A DNA stretch of 64,000 nt. It comes from Lama guanicoe. Its lineage: Eukaryota. Shown here piece by piece: positions 48,651-60,819 of the stretch. Both the position numbers and the translations under genes were made by a program. Position 1 is the first letter of the stretch, and each line of letters begins with the position of its first letter. Below the pieces are notes generated by a model. The model ran no database searches. It was given only the letters and a program-made list of their open reading frames with translations, and had not been told where the DNA came from. Location of the stretch: positions 10,410,999-10,474,998 of the forward strand of contig MU057354.1 of assembly GCA_013239625.1 (NCBI GenBank), written 5' to 3'.

Positions 48651-49227
48651 ATCATCTCTCTCTTGTCTGTTAGATTTTTAAAAATTACATCTTTAAAAAT
48701 TGTGAAGTAAAATATAGAGAGAGAAGTGCCTAAAACACTTACATACAGTTTTCCAAATAACCAAGAAGCCACCATCCAAGTCAGGAAATGGGGCCGGCTT
48801 ATAGTTACAACTTCTTTGGGTATTTCCTCCCTGCTCTGTCCAGCCCCGAGACAACTTCTCTTGTAGTTTCCTGAGATGAGGAGAGATGGGTTTACTTCTG
48901 GTTTACCCTGCCACTGAGGATACAGTTCAGCTGATTGACAGGAGGTCTCCTTGGGTGGGGTTGGGTTTACACACTTGTTCTTCTCTCCCTAGGAGATTGT
49001 CAAAGCCAAAGTTCAAGATTACCAGGATTGGTGGCAAACATCCAAGGGCAAAAGTCAGTAGTCTCGGTGCTCACTTTTGGTTTCTGTGTTCTTTCTTCCC
49101 CCTAAGATTTCAACTTGTGTGTGTGTGTGTGCACACACGTGTGTGCACATACACATGCAGGAGTGCATATATATATATATGTATATTTTATCATTGTTTG
49201 TTGTCTTCTTTGAACAGGTTGATTTCT

Positions 49228-49590
49228 TAATTTGGGTTCCCTCAAAAGCCAATCCTAAGACAAGGATTTGGAAGTAAGTAATTTATTTGGAGGTGAGGCC
49301 AGAAGTCACTGGCAAGAAATGAGACAGGGAAATTAATACATGAGTTACAGCTGTGGGCAACTAGAGACCAGTACTGCAGGGAGCCATCTGAGAATCTATG
49401 AAACCCAACTGAGCATGTCCCACCAGGGGGTGGTGAGGCTGGGCTATCCTGTCCCTCAAGCAGCAGCTCCAGGGTATCTGGCCGAAGGCCTCTAGCAATC
49501 CCTGAGCCAGGTAATGCACAGGCTGGTGTCCCGGAAAATACCTTCAGGCAGAAAGACACAAAAGGTATATGCAGCATTTACTACAACTGG
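49228..49590 (-). mobile_element. ERVL LTR (LTR33/LTR16-like)
   Basis: TGGGTTCCCTCAAAAGCCAATCCTAAGACAAGGATTTGG...TTTATTTGGAGGTGA...CTGTGGGCAACT. Confidence 0.7.
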
Positions 49591-49785
49591 TCTCAATAAC
49601 TTAGTCTGCCATATTCTTAACTCCTTCAGCTTGTGGCTTAAACACCCCCTCACTAAGCCCCAAAGTATATACAGGGTCCCCCCACTTTATTTGATCTCAT
49701 GGATCCTTGTACTTTTTCCTTCATATCACTTATCACAAATGTAAGCATATAACTGTTTATTTCTGGGATGTAATGTCTATGCCCT

Positions 49786-49950
49786 CCAGTACCTTATTAC
49801 TCAAATGCCAGCAACACCGGCACCAAAAGGAAGTATATCCGAAGTGCAGAATCGCAGCACTACACCAGACACCGGGAATTAGAATTTGCACACCAACGAG
49901 ATCCCCAGGTGACTTGCATGCACATTAAAAGTCTGAGAGGCACCGCTCTA
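49786..49950. mobile_element. MER5A inserted in an L2 3' end
   Basis: GAAGTGCAGAATC...AGAATTTGCA...AGATCCCCAGGTGACTTGCATGCACATTAAAAGTCTGAGAGGCAC. Confidence 0.85.
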
Positions 49951-52539
49951 CTAGACTGTATTTTCTGGGGGCGAAGAGGTTGTGTCCCTCTTCTTTAGCA
50001 TTTATCCCTGGTCCCTAGTAACACAGCTGGTCTGCAATAAGCACTCAAGAAATAACACACACCCAGTGCACATGTATGTAGGCACACGCATGCATTGTAC
50101 ACACAGTGCCAGTGATTTAGCAAAAATGCTAATATTTAAACAGCGTTTTCTAGCTTTTTGTCATGAATCAGGTCATTATTCCATGGGCCCAGCAGTTCTA
50201 GACCCGCTGGTTGGTGTGTCTTCTAATAAACGGATCTGAAGTACTACTTTAGGACTTGTTGCTAAGGAATTCTTTTTATAACAAAGTAGGTGGTGTTTGT
50301 ATTTAGGTCTCTGGACAGCTAACTGGTTTCTGATCCAGCCCTAGTTCCATGCTATGATTTGGTTTCAAAAGATTTGTATGGTGTGTGTGCTTGACCATCT
50401 GACAGTGTTTCTTTTCTATCGGCGCCTATGGAATTTCCACTTCACAGAGCTGGACAAGCCAGGGGAGAATCACAGCTACTTCAGTTCAAATCCTATGAGG
50501 CTTATCTGTTATCACTTTGTAAGCACTTGGGATAATCAGCAGTTACCTTAGCATTTACCTTGCAGATGCAGGGACCTTGAAATTATTATTAGCCAGACTT
50601 ACTATCTGGCCCATTTTAAGGCCTGTGTTTCTGATAAATTCACACACCCCTGCACCACAGCTTCTATATTGGCTTGTCTATTCCAGATATGTGATTTATT
50701 CTTACTATTAGATGGCATTTCAAACCTGATACCTTTAGAAGATTTTTGTTTGACCTTCAGAGGTAGTGTCAGGAATTTTTGTTTTAAAATAGCAGTGATT
50801 TAGGCAAATCTATTCAATAAAATTGGATGCCATATATCTTTTTGGTACTCTACTTCTTTTCGCTCTGAATTCACACAATATGACATGATTTATTATAGAA
50901 GGGTGAGAGGGAAAATGCTAGCTGCTGTACTGTGCAACAGTACACACACACATCTACGAAAAACTGAAGATCATTGCTATGTTTTTGCTAAATTACACCT
51001 TTTGTGAGTGGTCTTACTGTGGATTTGGCTTTACACTTGTTGGCAGATTAGAATACTTCGTACCAACTTTCTTTTAATATCTCATATTTAACACAGGAAT
51101 TCACAATTTTAAATGGATGTGTGAATATATTCTTGTTTAATACTAGGCCTTCCTCACTCTCTGTGTGACTGGGTAGGTGCTAATTGGAAATCTCACTAGG
51201 GAATCCGAATTACAGTTTATAATTATAATTTATAGTTCAGAATTACAGTTTTCCTGATCTATTTAGCAGGGTCATCCTGAGTTGTGGGAGATGAACGTGG
51301 AGAGCAGGGGAGGAATTTAGAAATACACTGTCCATGACAAGCTGGGTAGCCTTGAACGACTGCGGCTTTCTTGGAGTAGTATCTGAATGTGCCTTCGGAA
51401 CGAGGAGGGGGAGGCACCGGGAGGCTGCAGTGTGCCGACTTACAAGCTCTGGCCCTGCTGTCTGGAGCATGGAAAACCAGCAGAAACATCCTCCGGAAAA
51501 GGGCATGTAAATCCCTCCTCACTCACTCCTGAGCTTCCTTGAAGACTAGCAGGACTGTGGGGAAAGCTGATTTCAACACATAGAAGGCTTCACTGGCAAA
51601 GCAGGAAATTGTCTTCCCCTCTCTGTGCTGAGAGAATTCAGAAAAGGCTCTGTGGGTCCGTTTGCTTGGTGACACACACACGCCATGACTTGGCTCCACC
51701 TGGGAATCTCAACCTAGTGAGAGGGCAACTCCCCTGGCCTTTCTCTGACTCTCCCTTCGTGTTGTAGAATATTAGCTCTGTCTGTCCCTCTCTGAAGATG
51801 ATGGATAAGAATTCAATTTGCCGGCCCCTTGGAATAAACAACCTTTGCCTTAGCTAATTCTCAGCCTTAAATGGATTCTTCACCAGTCTTCCCTCTCCAA
51901 ATCTGCTCCACCTGAGACATTATGCACATATAACACACACACACATTTCAGTCAACAGGGAATAAATACAATATTTTTACTGTTGAGAGTATGTTTATGT
52001 TTAGGAAATTTGTTCTCTTCTGGTTTTGAAATCATTAAAGAGAATACTCTGTATTCTTTTAAAACAGCATAGATATACGAGGGAGGTGTTAGAGGCCAAT
52101 ATCCTTTGGATGTTTTGAGTTACTGACATCCCCATCAAAATGAATAATTAGACTACAGGCGGCTTTAAGGGATGATCAAATGATGAAAGAGGATTAAAGT
52201 TCAGCTCAGGGTAGCTTAATGAAAACAGAACAGAAATGCTAGAAGGAAGGCCAAAGTATATAAAATTTCCCCATATTTTTTTTTCACACTACTACATAGT
52301 CAATCTTAAAACTGGTATTCAGGCTTTTATGAACAATGAGAATACTTAGCCCATCTGGATGAAAACTCAGGGCAGTGATGAAGTTAGGATGGGTTTACTA
52401 TCCAACACTCCAACTTCTCCACCCAGGCTCACCACTGAAACACTTGGGTTTAGAGGTGCCAGTATCATCCAAGGAATCTGTCAGCTGAAATGCTGCCAAC
52501 GTGCTTAGCACCCAGTAGGCGCCCAATGAGCACCCCACA

Positions 52540-52738
52540 TTTTTAAAAAATGTGGTAAAAACGACATGACATAAAATGTACCATCTTAACTATTTTTAGG
52601 TGTACCGTTCAGCAGTCTTAGCATATTCACATTGTTATAGATGGTTGGTGGCATTATATAATGGTGCAGCTGCTATGGAAAACAGTATGGTGGTTCCTCA
52701 AAAAGTTAAAAATAGAATTATCATATAATTCAGCACTT
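52540..52738. mobile_element. Two L1 fragments joined in opposite orientation
   Basis: An antisense 3' end (TGTGGTAAAA...ACCATCTTAACTATTTTTAGGTGTAC) is joined to a sense ORF2 piece (AATGGTGCAGCTGCTATGGAAAACAGTATGG...CCTCAAAAAGTTAAAAATAGAATTA). Confidence 0.85.
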
Positions 52739-53052
52739 TGTAATCTGAATTTAAGTACAACTCCAACTTAACTGCCAAAATAGAGCATTTTTTTTCCTGG
52801 CCTGTAATATAGCATTCCCTGAGAGCATGAGATGAGAGAGAGAACACTTTCTGTCACCCAGGTTTGAGTCACTGAAATCTCCCCTGTCCATCTCCTCTAT
52901 CTGGTTAGACATTAATTCCACTTATATTTTCCATCACTCTTTCATCTTTCACTTCCTCTCCAATAGCATAAAACAGACTATTCAATTTCTGCTCAAGAAG
53001 ACAGCATCCACGAGGTACCCAAAAACGTCAAAGGCAATGGAACTGAAATGGA

Positions 53053-53350
53053 GAATTCATTTATTCAACATATGTTATTGAGCACCTCCCACATCCTTGG
53101 TTCCAAGCTCCATACTGGGATTACAGTGATAAATAAAATAGAAACACCTTTTGCTTTAAGGGAATTTATGATCTTATGAAAGACAATAAGTAAATTAAGA
53201 GATGGATAGTTACAAAGTGTAGTAAGTGCTATGAAGAAAAATAGTGGGGAGCTATAGAAGAGGATGACAGAGAACCTGCACTCAACACACTAGTCCTGGA
53301 AGGGCAAGGATGCAGCATTTAAACTGAGGTCCAAGGGTGAGCAGGTGTAG
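53053..53350 (-). mobile_element. L2 3' end
   Basis: ATTCATTTATTCAACATATGTTATTGAGCACCT...AGTAAGTGCTATGAAG. Confidence 0.85.
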
Positions 53351-56300
53351 TGAAAGGAGAAACAGAATCAAACCCTACTGGAGAAGTGAATAAGAATGGT
53401 AGCTTAGCATCAAATTTGTGAAGCCTCAAGTGGATGTCAGAGCTCCCTTTTCAAGGGTGGTGGTGTTAAGAACACTGTAGGCAGCACCTGCTTTTCAGGT
53501 GCTTTTTCAGTTTTATATATGTATTATGTAGTCAATGGAGCTCTGAGTCTTATCAGAAGTCTGACCTACAGTCACAGTATTTCCCTGAGTTTTCTAACCT
53601 CAAAAGCATCTTGCCTTTAGACTGAAGTATCATCATTTCATGCCAAAATTCCAAGAACTGCCTACTTCAGGTTAGGATCCTTCTCCAAAGGAGAAACCAC
53701 AGATATCCTTGAACCTTTCTCTTCCTCTCTTCCATGAGCTGGTCACTCTTGCCTGTGGTTTCCACCTTAGACAAGTTTCTTGAATGTATCCTTTGTGCTC
53801 TTTCTATTCCCACTACCTCTGCTCTAAGTCACGTAGACTCTCATTAACAGCCTCCAAACCAGGCTCCTTGTCTCCACTCCTCGTACGCTTCCCTCCACAC
53901 TCCCTCTAAGGTTATCAAAAAGCACATACCTACTTAGATCACACCCCTCTCCCCACTCCTACCCCCAATTAAAAAAATTCTGCATGGCTTCTTACTTCTA
54001 ACAGAACTAGAAGCCTTTGCTATATGAACATACTGCCTTGTATTATTTGCTACTGTTTCCCGTGTGATAGTCCTGGCTTCCCACCCGCATGAAGTCATTA
54101 GCACTTTGGACTGACTCTTTACCATCCAGAGCAACCAGCACAACAACAAGTGGGTAGTTTGATTAATATCAATAGCTAATAAATGAAGCCCATGGGCTAG
54201 AGGCTGGTCAGAACCATGACTTGCCTTTTCATAATTAAAATAATTAACACCAGCTTTATTTGACCAATTAGAATGTCTGGTTGCCTCTGGGGGCTAGCTT
54301 TCTTCATTTTGAGCCGTTGGTTTGTACACACTGGAAGTATTTTTGTGAGGGAAGCGTTAATCCCATGTTAAATCATCCATTCATTACATCAGACACTGCT
54401 CATGGAGTCCATGCACGAATGCGCTCTCCTTCCAAAGCAATTGGACAAAAAAAAAACCAGGTGTAAATCTTACAGTTCTTTAAGTATAAAGTGGACAGGT
54501 TACACATGATCCAAGTTTAAACTATGTATGCTCTCAAAGGAATTCAAGAGGCGGTCCCTCTTATTAGTACTGGACACAGAAGAGAGTGGAAAACACATCC
54601 TCCACTGACATGGCAAGAGAGAGAGAATGCTTCTTTTTCTTTTTTTCACTAACTACTCTGAGGGCTTAATTCCAAGCCTGCAAAAGCTTTTGGTAAATTT
54701 CCACGCTATATCTTGAATAGTCATCAGGGGTATACTGTACTAATACCTTTTATTAATTTCAAATATTCTGAAGTCTTAAACAAAGAAAGCCAAATAGCAG
54801 AAACTACTGAATTTGGCAACAACTATCTCCACCTGAGACTCATTAGGATAACAGTGAAGATGCTCTTTAGCTAAAACTGGTTTTTTTTCACCACTGGGGA
54901 GTTCCCTTTGATTTCTAGATGTGCAACCTCTTCTCAAGAAATTGCTTCGGTTTCTTCCTATCTTGAAGATGAGAAGGTAGTATTTTTTTCTTTGCATTAA
55001 GGTGTAAACCTTATCTCTTTTAACTGCTATTTAACTTGCTTAAAATTATATTTACCAGAGGGTATAATGTCTTAGATACAAGAAAAATAAATAGTTATTA
55101 CAGGTTGAAAATTATATTCACCTAGTATTTTTTAAAAAAATTCACTTGCAACAACTTTTAATAAGATAAATCCAATCCTTCCATTCTTTCCACAGTGAAA
55201 CCACCCACTAATCTCCATTACTGGAAAGCTAGCCTTTCCACAAGGGGATCATCTCACTCCATGTCGTTGCTGTACACAGGGCCCCATGCTGTCTGTTGAG
55301 ATATCTGTTTTTCTGATATATACCCATCATTTCTCTGCCACCTGCCCACACTGCTTCTTCAAAAGGAATTACTTCATTGATTTTTTGGCTGTAATATTTA
55401 CTCACTTTTAATAGAAAATGTCAGTATGGCAGGAAGGACCTGTCTGATATTTAGAATTTTTGGAAGAATCTCTAAGGCGTTTTCTCTGAATTAAAAAAAA
55501 AAAAGCATTTGAAATTTGAAATTCAGAGTGCATCTCAGAGATGCAGAGTAAGGCTAAATCAGCACATTTATTATTGCATACCATATTTACAATTTTATAA
55601 GGCGAGATTTTTCAAAAGCCTTCTAATTTATGTGCTCCTGCAGGTTGTCCTTGTCTCCTTTGTTCACATATAGAAATGAGCTTTTACTGTTTTAAATGAA
55701 TCAACTGATATTTCCCAATAAAGTTAAAAATACAAAAGGGGCCTAGTGGTTTGGAGAAATGAAAACCATCTATTATATACACTGACTTTTAGTGACACTT
55801 GATCAAAATTCTTGAGAGATTTTTATTCCAAGAAGTTCTTATAAGACCATTGTCCTAAATCTTTCTTAGCTTTACTCTTTCCTTAAACTTTGAGTGTTAT
55901 TATACCCACATATATTCTTGTCAAATGCTGTTTTGGTTATGATCAATAATCACTGGTATGGGTATCATCAGAGATGGGGGAGGAGAATCGGAGGAGGTTG
56001 TGAGATGGGAAAAGTGGGAGAAGAAAGGGAAGGGCGGGGAGAGGTTCTGCTTATTCATCTATTGCCCTGTCTCCCAATAGGATGGAGAGATGACGTTGAT
56101 CAAGTAGACCTTCCTCCTTGTCCCCATTCCCAGGCCTCCACACTTGGAGAGACTCAAATGTAACCATCACTTACTAAGGAACCACCAAGAGAAGGCTGGA
56201 GAGTCAGGAATGGAAAGGAAGGAACATGGTTGCTATTGACACACGACATCCCAGTGTCGGGGCCTGGTTTAGGTTTTCCCTGACCATGCACCTGGAAAAG

Positions 56301-57172
56301 TATCTTAGAGATATGCGGTGTTGGCCACTGCTGGCACACATATCATGTGTTGTTGCTTTGTCTCAGATTAGAGGATAAGGATGCCTCTGGTGGGGAGGCC
56401 TTTGAAGAGAAGTAGAAATTCTCCATCCCTCTTCTTGTTTTTGAAAAGACTTGGTTAACTAAGTCATTTTTGCCCCAGGGTGTAAAAATAAAAGAGGCAA
56501 AATTCTTTTTAGCAAATAATAGGTTACAATTCATTTCATGTTCCTATTGCAAAATAAGAAGCAGTTTGACTAAACAAAATCTAGGACTGAAGTAGCTTAT
56601 GACTCTGCTTATTTTTTCTTATTTGTTGACAGAAAGCTATTTTTAAACTACTGAGAACCTGAATAAGTATTTTTCTTGAATTAACAGATTATTGCTCAAA
56701 TGTTTAAAAAGGTATTTTATTACATTTATGAATGCCTCAAACAGGTAGGAGAATTCACAAATGAACAGGGAAACAAATACAAAGAATGTTACATGGACCA
56801 TTTATTTTCTAATAGTTGTGTCTGAGAAATGAAATTTGATTGTTGACTGTGGGTGGTGAGTGTTGCTATAGCAACATATTCCTTAGATGAAACTGGAAGG
56901 TGATCATGGTGATGAGGGTAAAAGTCAGAAAACAGACTTGTCGAGATAGATCTTGGGGCCATATGAGATCATATTTTCATTAGAGGTATGTGAGGGAGAG
57001 CAGCTCTGGGGAAGTTAAAGATCTGAAGTGAGAGGTGCCATGCGATGCTTTGGTTTAGCATTTGCGCATCCTGGGATCTGGTCATTTTGGTGCACACAGA
57101 GACAGCTCTTGCATGAAGCAGCTGGAATGATACCAGCCAAAACGAGAAAGAATTCTAGACAATTTTCTCATA

Positions 57173-57400
57173 CATAATAATAGCAGGAGTGCACACCTAT
57201 TCTGCCACATGCTCTTTTGAGTACCTTACACGTTATTTCTCACAATCATCACAAGGACCCTCTGAGGCAAGTAATATGTTCTCTCCATTTTACAGATGGG
57301 GGTAACTGAGGAAAGTTAAGTAACTTTCCTAAGACCATGCAGCTGCTGCTAAGTGGCAAACAGGAATTAAACCTAGACACTGCATCTCTGAGTCAAGCTT
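57173..57400 (-). mobile_element. MIR SINE
   Basis: CCCTCTGAGGCAAGT...CCATTTTACAGATGGGGGTAACTGAGG...GTTAAGTAACTTTCCTAAGACCA. Confidence 0.88.
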
Positions 57401-57679
57401 GAACTTCTGTTTGGAAGCCACTCAGCTTAAAAGCAAGATGGTATGAATAATGGAAACACAACCGTTTCTGAGAGGAGATTCTACTTTTCATTTTTCTCAG
57501 AATTTGAAGATCACCTTGAATGGGAGGAGGATCCTAGTAGCAAAATCCTTGGGTAAAATAAACAATAAGGTACTTCTCCTGACTGAGAACTTTAAAAAGA
57601 AAAAGAGTGAAGGGGACTGCAAGTGGCGACTCTAGGCTGGAAGCTATTCTAGCTCTTGAGATCTGTCAGCAGAACCACT

Positions 57680-57930
57680 CCACAGTGCTGGGCAGAAAGA
57701 GAGCCCATGGTCGGTCAGGAGTTACAATGCCCTGAGTTCATGACCATCCTCCAGGTGACCAAAGGCAAGCCGTGCTGACCCTTTTGTGCTTTTGTTTCTT
57801 TGTCTTTTAAAAAGGAGAAATAATATCTAGCTGCTTTTGTTGCAGAGGTGTTGTGAAAATCCAATGATGCAGTGAATGTGAAAATGGTTCATAAACTCAA
57901 CAGGACAAAACAAACATAAAGGGAGTATTA
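57680..57930 (+). mobile_element. MIR SINE (degraded)
   Basis: CCTGAGTTC...GTGACCAAAGGCAAG...GTTGTGAAAATCCAATGA...ATGTGAAAA. Confidence 0.6.
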
Positions 57931-58144
57931 TTAGAGTTAATGACCATCAGCATCATATTCAGCTTTTCTTGGCCTTGATAATGAGTGTGCATGTATTCGT
58001 TTATCTGTGGAGGATGTGAGACTGCAATCTGATTTTGAAAGGCAAACAGCTCTGGCTGGAAGGTTATTCAGGCAGAATGTAGAGAAAGAAGCCTGTTTAA
58101 AACAGCTTAGTAGGATTCGCAGCTCTTCTAGTAAGAGCGCAGCT

Positions 58145-58395
58145 GAACTGACAGCTCACCACTTGCCAGGCACTGTTCTAAGCACTTTTTGTCTGCGTGA
58201 GCTCAGTTATTCCATACAACAGCCCTACGCATTAGGTGCCGTTTCTCTTTTCCCAGCATTACCGATGAGGCCACTGGGGAAGGCAGGTAAAAACCAAGCT
58301 TACTCAAGGTTGCAAAGATAAGAAGTTACAAATCCAGGGTCTCAAAATCTGGCACTGGACTCTGGTGTCAACACTTTTACCTGCTGTACTGTACT
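58145..58395 (-). mobile_element. MIR SINE
   Basis: TGCCAGGCACTGTTCTAAGCACTTT...ACAACAGCCCTACG...GATGAGGCCACTG. Confidence 0.8.
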
Positions 58396-59619
58396 GCCTC
58401 TATATTATGTGCTGTTATTGCATTAAAGTTAAGCTGTATGTGCAATACATCAGTATGTGTGTGTGTAAATTATTTTTATATATTGGTTTTTGGTAAAGGG
58501 AAAAGAAACTGGGTGATACACATATTTAACTACTAAGAGAATTGGAGAACATTAATTCTTGATAAAATGCCTAATTTTAAAAACATCAGTTATTTCACAG
58601 AAGCACAGTTTTAAGAAAATGACGATGAAGGAGAAGCAGTTAATTTTTAGACAAGATACCCAGCTTATGCCATCATCTGTTCAACTGTATTAGGCAGCAG
58701 CTCTGGACACCAAATGTTCCCAGTAACAAAGGATGCACGTGTCAGTGTGCCTACTTTCTGGGAGCTTTCAGACCAAGATGTGGAGACAGCAATGTGCACA
58801 TGGTAGGAAAGGTAGCAAACAAGAAGTTCAAATTAAATACTAAAAGCTTTCAAAGGAATATCAGTGCTTCTGCTGGGGTTGGGAGTGGGGCATGATTACG
58901 ACTTGGCTTACTCATTCCTTTTTGTCTATCAGTAATGTTCTCATTTGTTGCACTATTTATTCCTTTAACTTCATGGTTAGTATGTGTTACAGGTTACTAA
59001 CTTCTATTCTGCCTCTGTCCCACAAGCTACTTGTTTACTGATTATTCACATATAGCATTGCTGTGAGTTTTGCCTGCATGTCATAAGCTACTAACTTAAC
59101 TCTCTATACTTAGCACTTGTGCATTTCATCTAGCTTGTTTGTTCTGACAGCAGGATTGAATATTCTCAAATAAGATAGCAAGCTTATAGTAGAAGATATG
59201 ATGTGAAACAATCTGTATTCAGTGCTTATGAAAGACTCATCTGGAAGCAACAAAATATAGAGAGCAGAGAGAAGGGAGCTAAGGATAAACCTAGAGGAAT
59301 GCCTATAGATAGCAAAAAAGGAGAAGGAAGGTAATCCAGGCAAAAAAAAGTCAGAGAGGTAAGAAAACCAAGATTCCATTAAAATGTATCATGGAAGTCA
59401 AAAGAAGGGTTTCAAACTGAGGACCTGCAGAAACTGTGAGATTAGGCAATCAAACCAAAACAGTCCCCCTGAGGATGCTGGTAAGAAAGAAGACTTTCCC
59501 AGAGAAAAAAAATCTCTTCAAGGCTTTGACCCGGTTCTCAGAGAACCATGGCAGTAAGCAAGGACTGGTGTGAGTGAGGAGTACAGACTTGGGATGACCA
59601 GAGGCAGAGGTCTATCACA

Positions 59620-59810
59620 TGGAAGTTGAATGCACAAGTGCTGACACCCACTGGATCAGGCCCCAGCTCATGGTCTAATTTTGGACAATTTATTTAACCT
59701 TTCAAGACCCAATTTCCTCAACTGTAAAACAGGATAGTAATAGTATTCATAGGGTTATAAAAGAAGATAATGTGTTACAAATAAGGACCTAAGAAATTGT
59801 AGCTATTATT
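59620..59810 (+). mobile_element. MIR SINE
   Basis: TTGGACAATTTATTTAACCTTTC...TTTCCTCAACTGTAAAACAGGATAGTAATAGTA. Confidence 0.75.
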
Positions 59811-59989
59811 TTTGATTACCACGTAATGAATATTCGTGAAAAACATTAGAAATATGAGAGAATTGCTCAGAACAAAATGAGGGCTCCTCTCCAGGACACA
59901 GCTTCAGGGTTAGAGCGTAAGACGAGTATGGAGGGAAAGATGTGGGCTGAATGTGGGAAAAGGCAGTGGTGAGGGGTTGGCAGGCTATA

Positions 59990-60052
59990 TCCACTTTGCT
60001 GTACACCAGAAGCTAATACAACACTGTAAATCAACTATACTTCAATAAAAAA
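59990..60052 (+). mobile_element. Very short 5'-truncated cetartiodactyl L1 3' terminus
   Basis: CACTTTGCTGTACACCAGAAGCTAATACAACACTGTAAATCAACTATACTTCAATAAAAAA. Confidence 0.85.
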
Positions 60053-60819
60053 GAATGGCACTTCAACAAGGATATCTTGTTTTCTGGGATAAAAGTGACA
60101 AAGACAAAAGTTATACCGACCAGAGAAAAAACTCTAAGGGCAACATATATAGATGAGGACTTGATTCTAGAAATATCATAGATAAGATAATTTAAAGATG
60201 AATAAGACCCATCTACCTATATGTCCTGCTGTTCATGAAGGAGAACTAGTATAAACAGATCACCACTTTCAGCAATATGTTCAATAATTTAATGATAGTC
60301 AAAGAATGACTCAACAGCCACAGAATAAATACTCTTACTGTAAATATTTCCTTTATCCACTTTCAAGTAACTTCAGAATATTTATGTTTGAAAGTATCTG
60401 GAAAAGTATAAACAAAAATTACATCATGTATCCTGGAATATCTGATTAAATAAAGAAGATACATTCTAACTTCTTTAATGTGTACTTTACCTTGCTTTTA
60501 CAAAATGAGAGGTGGTATAACATGCACTTGTAGAAAATGGAAGTAACTACTTGGTGTAAACAATAACAATTTTCTTTAACCTAAGGATTAAGAATTACAT
60601 TTTTGGACATAATTTCAGTAGCGTCATTTATAATCAAGTAATAAACATGCAAATTACATAGATCTGTTAGGGATGTTTCTCCTCTTAGAGTGCCTGAATT
60701 TTCCAAATCAAACTATTTCTTGAAGTATCATAGATATGGTTTAACAAGGTAATATGGGGGGCAATGGGAAAGATCATAGACCATTAAAGTTTCCCTGGAG
60801 AATCCCTGGGGACTGCATC

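Noticed and set aside
53483-53507. Hairpin plus T-run resembling a bacterial intrinsic terminator
   Set aside because: Eukaryotic context with no Pol III gene upstream.
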